From Minisyncoccota bacterium (GTDB lineage: Bacteria; Patescibacteriota; Minisyncoccia; Phycocordibacterales; JACOZG01), in NCBI GenBank assembly GCA_036517595.1, contig DATDVJ010000037.1, forward strand, positions 1 through 41,826: 41,826 bases of DNA. Direction: 5' to 3'. The translations under genes were made by a program, and so were the position numbers. This document shows, piece by piece, positions 25,544 through 33,327 of the stretch. The notes beneath the pieces were generated by a model that saw only the letters and a program-made list of their open reading frames with translations, was not told the DNA's origin and did not search any database. Every line of letters begins with the position of its first letter. Within the stretch, counting starts at the first letter, position 1.

Positions 25544-26590
25544 TTAGACTGGTTCGGCAATTTTGGCTCGCACTAGTTTCAAGATTTCTCGATGAGTGGC
25601 GGGATTGTCTCGCAGGTATGTGCGTGCGGCGTCGTAGCCGCGTCCGAGTTTCACTTCTTCCCCCGCCTTCTTTCCGTCTGAACCGATTGCTTGATAGCTG
25701 TAACTCGAACCATTTTTTTCGACCACGCCATGTTTCTCGGCGAGAGCGAGCAGTTCGCCTTCGGGCGAGATACCTTCATTATAAAGAATATCGAACTCGG
25801 CTGTTTTGAATGGCGCCGCCACTTTATTCTTCACGACTTTGACGCGCACTCGACCGCCAACGACTTCTTCACCTTTCTTGATTTGAGCAATGCGCCGGAT
25901 GTCGAGTCGCACCGAAGAATAGAATTTAAGCGCTTTCCCCCCGGGGGTTGTCTCGGGATTGCCAAACATCACGCCGATTTGCATCCGAATTTGGTTGATG
26001 AAAATGACGACGGTTTTTGATCGCGCCACGATCGCGGTCATCTTCCGTAGCGCTTGCGACATTAGACGCGCTTGCTTGCCAACATGGTAGGCGCCAACAT
26101 CACCCTCGATCTCATCTTTCGGTGTCAAGGCGGCCACTGAATCAATGACGATCACATCAATTTTGCCGGAACGAATTAAGCTTTCGGCAATTTCGAGCGC
26201 TTGTTCACCGTAGTCGGGTTGGGAAATAAAGAGATCATCAATCTTGACGCCAATTTTCCGCGAGTAGTCGGGGTCGAGAGCGTGTTCGGCATCAATGAAA
26301 GCACAAATCCCGCCAGCTCGCTGGGCCTCGGCAACGACATGAAGAGCCAGGGTTGTTTTTCCCGACGATTCTGGTCCGTAAATTTCAATCACCCGACCGC
26401 GGGGGACACCACCGATACCTAGAGCGACATCGAGACCGATGGAGCCGGTCGAGATCGCGCCGACACCGACCTTCGGCTGATCGCCGAGCTTCATAATGGC
26501 CCCGTCGCCAAATTTTCCCTGGATATTTTTAATCGTGTTTTCCAAACTATCATTTACTTCTTTTAGCTCGCCCTTGGTTTTTTTGATCAT
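25544..26590 (-). CDS. recA: Recombinase RecA
   Basis: [20 protein letters not shown] (Walker A), [19 protein letters not shown], and the L1/L2 loop regions. Confidence 0.97.
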   Translation of the reverse strand: MIKKTKGELKEVNDSLENTIKNIQGKFGDGAIMKLGDQPKVGVGAISTGSIGLDVALGIGGVPRGRVIEIYGPESSGKTTLALHVVAEAQRAGGICAFIDAEHALDPDYSRKIGVKIDDLFISQPDYGEQALEIAESLIRSGKIDVIVIDSVAALTPKDEIEGDVGAYHVGKQARLMSQALRKMTAIVARSKTVVIFINQIRMQIGVMFGNPETTPGGKALKFYSSVRLDIRRIAQIKKGEEVVGGRVRVKVVKNKVAAPFKTAEFDILYNEGISPEGELLALAEKHGVVEKNGSSYSYQAIGSDGKKAGEEVKLGRGYDAARTYLRDNPATHREILKLVRAKIAEPV

Positions 26591-26955
26591 AAATTTAATT
26601 TAAGGACTAATTCAAGTTTCTCTTCAATTTGCCGTCCGAAACGATCGGCACCGGCGAGCCGGATTATATTATAACCCTGTGCCAGTAGCAATTGACTTTC
26701 GAAGCGGCCTGTGTGATCGGGGGTAAGTCTCTCGCCGTTTAAGAAAAGTTTGTCAACTTGGGTCACCCGTCCGCGCACCGTGACGAGAGCTGAATCAATA
26801 CTCGCGCCATTCCTCGGTGAATCAATGATGATTTGCGGGCCGTTGATTAGACCGCGCATTTGATAAGTACCATAAGTAAGGACGGCGAGAAGAAGGGTCG
26901 TCGCGAAAAGGTATTTAATTTTAGTTCGCGCTGGAGTTAAATTCATCATGACCAT
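26587..26955 (-). CDS. Hypothetical membrane-anchored protein with a beta-rich ectodomain
   Basis: TM helix [15 protein letters not shown], then [31 protein letters not shown]. The start is ambiguous (Met codons at 26955, 26949 and 26946). Overlaps the ftsK end and the recA start. Confidence 0.5.
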   Translation of the reverse strand: MVMMNLTPARTKIKYLFATTLLLAVLTYGTYQMRGLINGPQIIIDSPRNGASIDSALVTVRGRVTQVDKLFLNGERLTPDHTGRFESQLLLAQGYNIIRLAGADRFGRQIEEKLELVLKLNL

Positions 26956-29095
26956 TATTTGCTGTAATAATACTTCTGCGTTCATAAACTTCGCGCGCCT
27001 TCGCGCCGTCACCCGGGCCGATCATCTTCCTCTCCTCAAGCATATCGAGCAACCGCGCGGCGCGAGCGTAACCAACCTTGAGCCGCCGTTGAAGGAAGGA
27101 GGCCGAAGCCTTACCGCTCTCCATCACCAATTCTCGCGCTTCCTCGTAGAGTGGATCATCGGTATTATCACCTTCGTCATTATCATCAATTGTTATTCCG
27201 CCCTCGCCCATGATGATCTCATCGGTTAGTTCATCGCCGTAATGAGTGATGAGCCATTTCACCACCTCTTTGACCTCGCGTTCCGAAATGAAGGCCGATT
27301 GGAGGCGAAGCGGTTTCGACATGTCGCCAGCCAAATAGAGCATGTCGCCAGCCCCTAGGAGTTTTTCCGCGCCGGCCATATCAAGAATAGTGCGCGAGTC
27401 AATGTGAGAAGCCACTTGGAGAGCAATGCGCGAGGGGATATTAGCTTTAATGAGACCGGTGATAACTTCAACTGATGGTCGTTGAGTGGAGAGAATGAGG
27501 TGGATGCCGACGGCGCGTGACATTTGCGCCAGGCGAACGATAGCCGCTTCGAGTTCGCGGGGGTAAGTGGCCATGATGTCGGCGAGTTCATCAATGATGA
27601 TTACAATGTAGGGTAGACTCTCCAGCGCCTCATTGGCTTGCGTTTTGCGTTTTTCACTCTGCATTTCTAGGTGATACGTTTGGATGTCGCGCACGGCGTG
27701 TTTTTCGAGCACGGTGTACCGACGTTCCATTTCTTTGATTGCCCACCTAAGAGTGAGAATTGCTTTCTTTGGATCGGTGATCACTGGCGTGAGGAGATGG
27801 GGAGTTTTGTTGTAGATTGTCAGTTCGACTCGTTTCGGATCAATCATAATGAAACGGAGAGTCTCCGGAGAATTGCGATAGAGAAGGGAGACAATGAAGG
27901 TATGGATGACGACTGATTTCCCGGAGCCGGTGGCGCCGGCGATCAGGAAGTGCGGCGCTTTGGCAAGATTGCCGAAGTGTGCTGGTCCCGAGATCCCCCG
28001 ACCTAAAGAGACGAGAAGTGAATGAGGTGATTCGGTAAATTGGGTAGCTGTAAGTAGGGAAGCCAAGCCGACCATTGACTTAGTGCTGTTGGGGATCTCG
28101 ATCCCGACGAGTGATCGGCCGGGGATTGGCGCTTCGATCCGCAAGGGGTGGGCGGCCAGCGCCAGAGCCAAATCATTTTGGAGAGCGACGATGCGCGAGA
28201 GCTTGACGCCTTCGGCCGGTTTGAGCGCGTAGCGGGTGATGGAGGGGCCGATCGAAACTTCATCCATCTCGACAATGATACTAAAGTTTTGAAGCGTGCG
28301 TTTGATGATGGTCGTGTTGGCCTTAATATCGCCAGCCCCGGGTTTGCCCGCATCTCGTTCCAAGAGAGAGACCGGCGGGGCCTCAAAGACATTAGTCTGT
28401 CGTCTGGCGATTTTGCCGATCAGCGCACCGAAGCCCGCTCCGACCGCTTCTTCGTCGTCGTTGGACGCCACGCTTCCAATTGGAAGCGTGGCGTCCAATT
28501 CTTCTTGGGCACTCTTAATTCTAAGTGTTTTAATTGGCAATGATGCCTCGCCGATAATTGTGGGGAGGTTTTCTTTTTTCCGCCACCGCCACCACTTGTT
28601 GATTGGTCGACCGAAGAGTGTCCACTTCAAAGTGAAGGTGGTATCGAAAATGATAAGAGCCGCAATTACCATCACTGCCGCCAAGAAAATCACGCTAGCG
28701 TAGACGTCAAAAAATTTAATGAGCGGGAGAGAGATAAGCCAACCAATACTCCCACCGGCTTGGTTACCCAAATCATCGAAGAGGATGCTGATTAGGCCAA
28801 GCGAGCTGATGAAAAGAATTAGACCACCGAAGAGGCGACCACCGATGATATTCGGCCGAACTGGTCTAAGGAAGGAGATTCCCAGAAGAATTAAACAGAG
28901 GGGGAAGAGGAAGTAGCCATAGCCGAATACTGACACCCCGACGCGATAAACAATTCTTCCGGCCGCACCGGCGACTCCAGCACTCGATAGCAGGAGAAAC
29001 AACGCTAGAACTAATAGGACAATTCCTAAAACACCCTGTTTAGTTTCGTCCTTGAGATCAAGTCGTTTTTTTTTCGGCTCGGCTGTTTTTTTCAT
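26921..29095 (-). CDS. ftsK: DNA translocase FtsK/SpoIIIE
   Basis: N-terminal multi-TM domain, linker, motor domain with PHFLIAGATGSGKS (Walker A) and IIIDELAD, and a C-terminal gamma winged helix (SASFLQRRLKVGYARAARLLDMLE). Confidence 0.93.
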   Translation of the reverse strand: MKKTAEPKKKRLDLKDETKQGVLGIVLLVLALFLLLSSAGVAGAAGRIVYRVGVSVFGYGYFLFPLCLILLGISFLRPVRPNIIGGRLFGGLILFISSLGLISILFDDLGNQAGGSIGWLISLPLIKFFDVYASVIFLAAVMVIAALIIFDTTFTLKWTLFGRPINKWWRWRKKENLPTIIGEASLPIKTLRIKSAQEELDATLPIGSVASNDDEEAVGAGFGALIGKIARRQTNVFEAPPVSLLERDAGKPGAGDIKANTTIIKRTLQNFSIIVEMDEVSIGPSITRYALKPAEGVKLSRIVALQNDLALALAAHPLRIEAPIPGRSLVGIEIPNSTKSMVGLASLLTATQFTESPHSLLVSLGRGISGPAHFGNLAKAPHFLIAGATGSGKSVVIHTFIVSLLYRNSPETLRFIMIDPKRVELTIYNKTPHLLTPVITDPKKAILTLRWAIKEMERRYTVLEKHAVRDIQTYHLEMQSEKRKTQANEALESLPYIVIIIDELADIMATYPRELEAAIVRLAQMSRAVGIHLILSTQRPSVEVITGLIKANIPSRIALQVASHIDSRTILDMAGAEKLLGAGDMLYLAGDMSKPLRLQSAFISEREVKEVVKWLITHYGDELTDEIIMGEGGITIDDNDEGDNTDDPLYEEARELVMESGKASASFLQRRLKVGYARAARLLDMLEERKMIGPGDGAKAREVYERRSIITANNGHDEFNSSAN
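28461..28498. repeat. 38-bp perfect palindrome (class A, core GCTTCCAATTGGAAGC) inside the ftsK linker
   Basis: TTGGACGCCACGCTTCCAA|TTGGAAGCGTGGCGTCCAA, checked base by base. Read in the ftsK frame it gives DATLPIGSVAS. Confidence 0.95.
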
Positions 29096-29117
29096 TTATG
29101 AATTGTAGCATAAATAA

Positions 29118-29154
29118 AACACCCGATGTTGGGGCTCCCTTAACATCGGGTGTT
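29118..29154. repeat. Hairpin AACACCCGATGTT-(11 nt)-AACATCGGGTGTT in the ftsK / HTH-gene divergent region
   Basis: Perfect 13-bp arms. A related hairpin lies at 29921-29955. On the minus strand it is followed by TTTTATTTAT. Confidence 0.8.
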
Positions 29155-29162
29155 GTGATGCC

Positions 29163-29197
29163 TAGACATTCACTCTGTCCTATATATAATATAGGAC
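29163..29197 (+). promoter_or_regulatory. Candidate promoter (TAGACA-16-TATAAT) overlapped by the inverted repeat GTCCTATAT-ata-ATATAGGAC
   Basis: TAGACA at 29163-29168, TATAAT at 29185-29190. The 9-bp-arm inverted repeat spans 29177-29197 and abuts ATG 29198, so there is no room for a Shine-Dalgarno sequence. Confidence 0.45.
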
Positions 29198-29920
29198 ATG
29201 TTTGAGACAAAACAGCAAAAGGACACAAATTCTGTATTGGACATAAAGGACAGCATAAAAGACAGAGCCAATAAACTCGTAGCGGCGATGTATCTAGTCA
29301 CTAATTTTCTTGATGATCTAGACCAAATTAAATGGAAGTTAAGACATAAATCTCTCGATCTGAAGGTTAACTTAACACTCGGTGTTAAAGATGCTCCAAC
29401 ACCGAGTGTTTGGCCGATTGAAACAATTTTGTCCGATATAGCCGAGATTATTTCTCTGATTGATATCGCTGTCCTTGATCGGCGAGCGTCAGCGATGAAT
29501 TTCTCCATTCTTCGTCAGGGATATGTTGATTTGCAAACGGAATCTGAGAATTATATCAATGGTGATTGGTATAAAGAAGCTTGGCTTCCAATTGGAAGCC
29601 AAGCTTCTCTCGCCGGCGCCAGGAAAGAAGTTAAGCTTCCAATTGGAAGCTTAACTTCGCCAAATAAAACCGCCAAACTAGGTCAAAATCAGCGTAAAGA
29701 CGCCACGCTTCCAATTGGAAGCGTGGCGTCCAGCAGCCCCCGCCGGGAGAAAATCGTTGATTTCATCAAGCAACACGATTGGTCATCAATCAAAGAAATT
29801 GCTAAATCCATCACCGAAGTTAGCAGTAAAACTGTCCAACGAGAATTATCTGAATTGGTCCGAATGGGGAAATTGAAGAAAACTGGCGAACGTCGTTGGA
29901 GTCGATATAGCTCGAATTAG
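29198..29920 (+). CDS. Hypothetical protein with a C-terminal winged-helix (DeoR/MarR-like) HTH and a palindrome-rich linker
   Basis: The C-terminal REKIVDFIKQHDWSSIKEIAKSITEVSSKTVQRELSELVRMGKLKKTGERRWSRY looks like a wHTH. The central linker contains three LPIGS palindromes. Confidence 0.6.
   Translation: MFETKQQKDTNSVLDIKDSIKDRANKLVAAMYLVTNFLDDLDQIKWKLRHKSLDLKVNLTLGVKDAPTPSVWPIETILSDIAEIISLIDIAVLDRRASAMNFSILRQGYVDLQTESENYINGDWYKEAWLPIGSQASLAGARKEVKLPIGSLTSPNKTAKLGQNQRKDATLPIGSVASSSPRREKIVDFIKQHDWSSIKEIAKSITEVSSKTVQRELSELVRMGKLKKTGERRWSRYSSN
29575..29608. repeat. 34-bp perfect palindrome (class A)
   Basis: AGAAGCTTGGCTTCCAATTGGAAGCCAAGCTTCT; translated as EAWLPIGSQAS. Confidence 0.95.
29627..29658. 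repeat. 32-bp perfect palindrome (class A)
   Basis: GAAGTTAAGCTTCCAATTGGAAGCTTAACTTC; translated as EVKLPIGSLTS. Confidence 0.95.
29699..29730. repeat. 32-bp perfect palindrome (class A), same sequence as the ftsK copy
   Basis: GACGCCACGCTTCCAATTGGAAGCGTGGCGTC; translated as DATLPIGSVAS. About 34 nt are identical to 28464-28497. Confidence 0.95.
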
Positions 29921-29955
29921 ACACGCGATGTTGAAGGAACCTCAACATCGAGTGT
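29921..29955. repeat. Hairpin ACACGCGATGTTGA-(7 nt)-TCAACATCGAGTGT just after the HTH gene stop
   Basis: 14-bp arms with one mismatch. Same sequence family as 29118-29154. Confidence 0.7.
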
Positions 29956-30287
29956 CGGCGGTGTTGACACCTAACCCCGCCTGCGCTACCCTTAGGTCTA
30001 CGCTCTGGTTATTACGGTTATCCACACTGTGTTTGGCAGACTGGTTCCGGTGTATTATACTTAAGTGTGCACTTTGACAAAGTAATATTCGGTTAGTTTT
30101 CAATCACTTCCCGAACATACAGAACGCCAAGTTATTTTTTTTCAGTTCGTCTGCTTGTCCTTCCATTCCATTTTGCTAAAGCCCTTGCTCTTCCGTCTGC
30201 CAGTCGGCGGATCGGATCGGCGGGGGATTTAGAAATTAGTAAAGTAATTATTAGTTAATAGTTAATTATTATTAAAATCGATCCATT

Positions 30288-32450
30288 ATGAGTACTAAGA
30301 AATTTTTTCTCGGGGTCGCGATGGTGGCGCTTCTGGTTGGGGTGTCTTTCACTCCAGTTAAAGCTGACACACTTTCTGATCTCAACGCGCAGATCCAGGT
30401 CCTGATGGCCCAGATCTCCGCGCTCTCGGGTGGCATGACGCCACCGGCAACCTCTGGTTATGTCTTCACTACAGACTTGACCATAGGTAGCACGGGCGCT
30501 GATGTTACGGCGCTCCAGAATGCCCTTATTAGCAATGGTCAAAGTATTCCTGCTGGCGCCACTGGTTACTTCGGTGCCCAGACTAAGGCCGCGGTGATTG
30601 CTTGGCAAAAGGAGGCCGGTCTTCCCGCCACAGGTTTCTTCGGTCCAATGAGCCGCGCGGCGATGAACGCGATGCCGAGCAGTGGTCCCGGTAGCACGGG
30701 CTATCCTCCTTATGTTCCCCCGGTGTCGAGTGGTCCTTGCAGTGGCGGCGAGATGTATAACTCTATGACTGGTGCTCTCTGCAGTACCGGCTTGGCGCTC
30801 TTACCCGCTGGTTGCACGAGTACGGCAGGGTTCAGCCCTTTGACCGGAGCTTCCTGTTCTAGTTCGGTTGCTCCGCTTCCAGCTGGTTGCACGACCGCGA
30901 CTGGGTTTAGTGTGACGACTGGCCAATCTTGTTCAACAGGCACAGGTGGTGCAACAGCTGGCACCGAAGGTTCAATTACGACTCGACTAGGAACTACTCC
31001 AACACCCGACACCAACATTCGTAGGACAACCGATGTCCCAGTCTATGGTGTTGAAGTTGAGGCGGTGAGTTCTGATATGACGGTTGATCGTGCCGACTTG
31101 CAATTCGCAGTTACGACCTGGGATTCGACAACTTCGTTCGGAACTGGTTCAGTTCAGAATCCTGGTGCCTTCATCAAGAATATTAAGGCGTGGGATGGCA
31201 GTACCCAGCTCGGCTCATGGGATGTTTCTGCTTCTAGTTTCTCTAAGGATTCTTCTGACCGGTACCACATTATTTTGAGTGGTCTCGGTTCTAGAGTGAC
31301 TAAAGGGATGAAGAAGAATATCACTTTTAGCGTTAGTGTTAGTTCTATTGGTACAACCGATGTTCCTCGCCGCGTGGCAGTCCAGGGTTATGCTGGTAAC
31401 ACCCAGAATATTCGCGCGACCGACAGCGTTGGTCTTCAGTCTTATGCTGATATGTCTGGATCAGCCAATACCCGCACCCATGACTTCAAGGCCGCTGGTA
31501 ATGCTACTTTGACAGTTACCACCAATAGTGCGGCGACACCTAAAGCTGGCAATACTCGCATTAATAGTACCACTGGTATCACGAAGAAGATTATGCAGGC
31601 CTTCGACGCCAGAGCGGAGACTGGTGATGCTAAAATCACTAAGCTCTATGTTGGGACAAATGCCACTTCTTCCACTGGTGTGCCTTCTACTTACTATCTC
31701 TGTGACGGCAGTGACACAACTTGTGCTAGTCCGTTATATAGTGTTACGGCTGGTGCCACAGATAACCTAGAAGCCGCCTTTACCAGTATGAGTATTTTGG
31801 TGCCACAGGATACAACTAAGACTTTCTTGATTGCGGCTGATTTCCCAACTACGGTTGGCGGTCAGCAAGCTAGTTCCTCAATCCACACCAATGCGGTGCA
31901 GTGGGAAAAGCCGGACGGCTCTACCGCTAGCACCACGCCGTCAAGCGAAATCGTTGGTACTGATCAATACTTCGCGGCCGCGGTTCCACAGTGGACAATG
32001 GTTAGTGCGTCAGTTGATCCATTGGAAATTCTTGGCACTTCTGCGCCAGCCACTACTACGGCGACGTATCACATGGTACTTAAGGTCACGGGTAGCGGCG
32101 GAGCTCTCACTAAACCAGTTCTATCTGATTTCGTGATTAGATTTGCTTCGTCAACGGCGACGACTTACTCGGCCGCCAATGCCACCTCAACGTCTCAAGG
32201 AGATAACGTCACTGGTTATCTAACTGATGTTACTCCAACCGAGGCAACGGTGGGTGATGGTGGTTCCTACACAGTTACTTTGACGGGTATCTTGAGAAAT
32301 AAAGCCTTGTACGGTACAACTAATATCACTGGACCGTACTTCATGGTTATTACTTCGGCTCAAGCGGCTGTCGGTGGCAACACGGTTGCCCAGACTTGGA
32401 ACTTGGATAGCTTCAAGACGCCGTCTCTCAACACACCTTCTGGTTACTAA
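30288..32450 (+). CDS. Large secreted surface protein: coiled-coil, PG-binding domain, three Cys-x-TG-x-Cys motifs, long beta-rich region
   Basis: Signal peptide ..PVKADT; GSTGADVTALQNALISNGQSIPAGATGYFGAQTKAAVIAWQKEAGL (PG_binding_1-like); CSGGEMYNSMTGALCS, GCTSTAGFSPLTGASCS, GCTTATGFSVTTGQSCS. Confidence 0.75.
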   Translation: MSTKKFFLGVAMVALLVGVSFTPVKADTLSDLNAQIQVLMAQISALSGGMTPPATSGYVFTTDLTIGSTGADVTALQNALISNGQSIPAGATGYFGAQTKAAVIAWQKEAGLPATGFFGPMSRAAMNAMPSSGPGSTGYPPYVPPVSSGPCSGGEMYNSMTGALCSTGLALLPAGCTSTAGFSPLTGASCSSSVAPLPAGCTTATGFSVTTGQSCSTGTGGATAGTEGSITTRLGTTPTPDTNIRRTTDVPVYGVEVEAVSSDMTVDRADLQFAVTTWDSTTSFGTGSVQNPGAFIKNIKAWDGSTQLGSWDVSASSFSKDSSDRYHIILSGLGSRVTKGMKKNITFSVSVSSIGTTDVPRRVAVQGYAGNTQNIRATDSVGLQSYADMSGSANTRTHDFKAAGNATLTVTTNSAATPKAGNTRINSTTGITKKIMQAFDARAETGDAKITKLYVGTNATSSTGVPSTYYLCDGSDTTCASPLYSVTAGATDNLEAAFTSMSILVPQDTTKTFLIAADFPTTVGGQQASSSIHTNAVQWEKPDGSTASTTPSSEIVGTDQYFAAAVPQWTMVSASVDPLEILGTSAPATTTATYHMVLKVTGSGGALTKPVLSDFVIRFASSTATTYSAANATSTSQGDNVTGYLTDVTPTEATVGDGGSYTVTLTGILRNKALYGTTNITGPYFMVITSAQAAVGGNTVAQTWNLDSFKTPSLNTPSGY

Positions 32451-32497
32451 TAGCTAACTTGTGCCGATGTCAGGGTTGACCTGATCGGATAGCTAGC

Positions 32498-32533
32498 AAA
32501 AACCCCCTAATCCCTAACGGGACGGGGGTTTTT
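32498..32533 (+). terminator. Rho-independent terminator
   Basis: AAAAACCCCC..TCCC-taac-GGGA..GGGGGTTTTT. Confidence 0.7.
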
Positions 32534-32567
32534 GTGTGCTCTCTATCTCCACTCATTCTCACCACCC

Positions 32568-32592
32568 CACTTGGAAGCGAAGCTTCCAAGTG
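32568..32592. repeat. REP-like hairpin (class B): CACTTGGAAGC-gaa-GCTTCCAAGTG
   Basis: 11-bp arms and a 3-nt loop. Ends 13 nt upstream of the transposase ATG. Confidence 0.9.
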
Positions 32593-32605
32593 TTAAAATA
32601 AACTG

Positions 32606-33292
32606 ATGCGGAAAATCGCCTTCGTTAATCAGGAGTTCTATCATATTTATAATCGAGGGGTTGACAAACGCGCCATCTTCTCGGATAGCTATGACTTGCA
32701 ACGACTCTACCAAAGTTTCCAAGATTTTAATTCTCTCGAGCCGATTGGTAGTATCTACGAGCTGTCCTTTTCTCCTCCCGAAAGGCACTTGGAAGCTTCG
32801 CTTCCAAGTGCCAAAAAATTAGTGCGGATTATTTGTTATGCCTTAAATCCAAACCATTATCATCTACTTCTTCAGCAAGAAACAGATAAAGGGATTGAGA
32901 AATTCATGCATCGTGTGGGGACTGGTTTCACTAAGTATTTCAATCATCGTTACAAACGAACAGGCGCTTTATTCCAGGGTGTATTTAAGGCGAGGCATAT
33001 TCAGGATAATAACGACTTACTTCACTTGAGCGCTTATATCAATCTTAACAACAAAGCTCATACGTTGAGAGCAGGAAATAATAATTATCAATCCGCTCTA
33101 GCGCGAACGAGTTGGAATGAGTACGAGCGAAGTGCCACTGGAATTTGCGAAAAAAGTATTATTCTTGAACAATTCTCTGGGGCAGAAGAATATTCTCGGT
33201 TTTGTAGCGAAGCTTTTCAGTTGATTGCTGAAAGAAAACGATCTTCACCCCTCGATTCTTTCGACTTGGAAGCGAAGCTTCCAAGTGATTGA
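32606..33292 (+). CDS. IS200/IS605-type Y1 (HUH) transposase, REP-associated tyrosine transposase (RAYT)-like
   Basis: EFYHIYNRGVDKRAIF, HUH motif in ALNPNHYHLLLQQ, FNHRYKRTGALFQGVFKARHI, and the probable catalytic Tyr in LLHLSAYINLN. Flanked by class B hairpins. Confidence 0.8.
   Translation: MRKIAFVNQEFYHIYNRGVDKRAIFSDSYDLQRLYQSFQDFNSLEPIGSIYELSFSPPERHLEASLPSAKKLVRIICYALNPNHYHLLLQQETDKGIEKFMHRVGTGFTKYFNHRYKRTGALFQGVFKARHIQDNNDLLHLSAYINLNNKAHTLRAGNNNYQSALARTSWNEYERSATGICEKSIILEQFSGAEEYSRFCSEAFQLIAERKRSSPLDSFDLEAKLPSD
32784..32812. repeat. REP-like hairpin (class B, inverted orientation) inside the transposase ORF
   Basis: GGCACTTGGAAGC-ttc-GCTTCCAAGTGCC with 13-bp arms. The loop is the complement of the loop in the flanking copies. 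Translated as RHLEASLPSA. Confidence 0.9.
33264..33286. repeat. REP-like hairpin (class B) at the 3' end of the transposase ORF
   Basis: ACTTGGAAGC-gaa-GCTTCCAAGT. Translated as DLEAKLPSD, followed by the stop codon. Confidence 0.9.
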
Positions 33293-33327
33293 TTGTAGTT
33301 GAATAGTAAATTTGATAGAATTACTCT

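Noticed and set aside
30140-30180. SRP-RNA-like motif on the minus strand (..TGGAATGGAAGGACAAGCAGAC..) in the long 29.97-30.29 kb intergenic region.
   Set aside because: There is only a loose resemblance to the GGAA-tetraloop and AGCAGC domain IV consensus. I could not find a complementary 5' strand to build the helix. The region is left as unassigned non-coding DNA.
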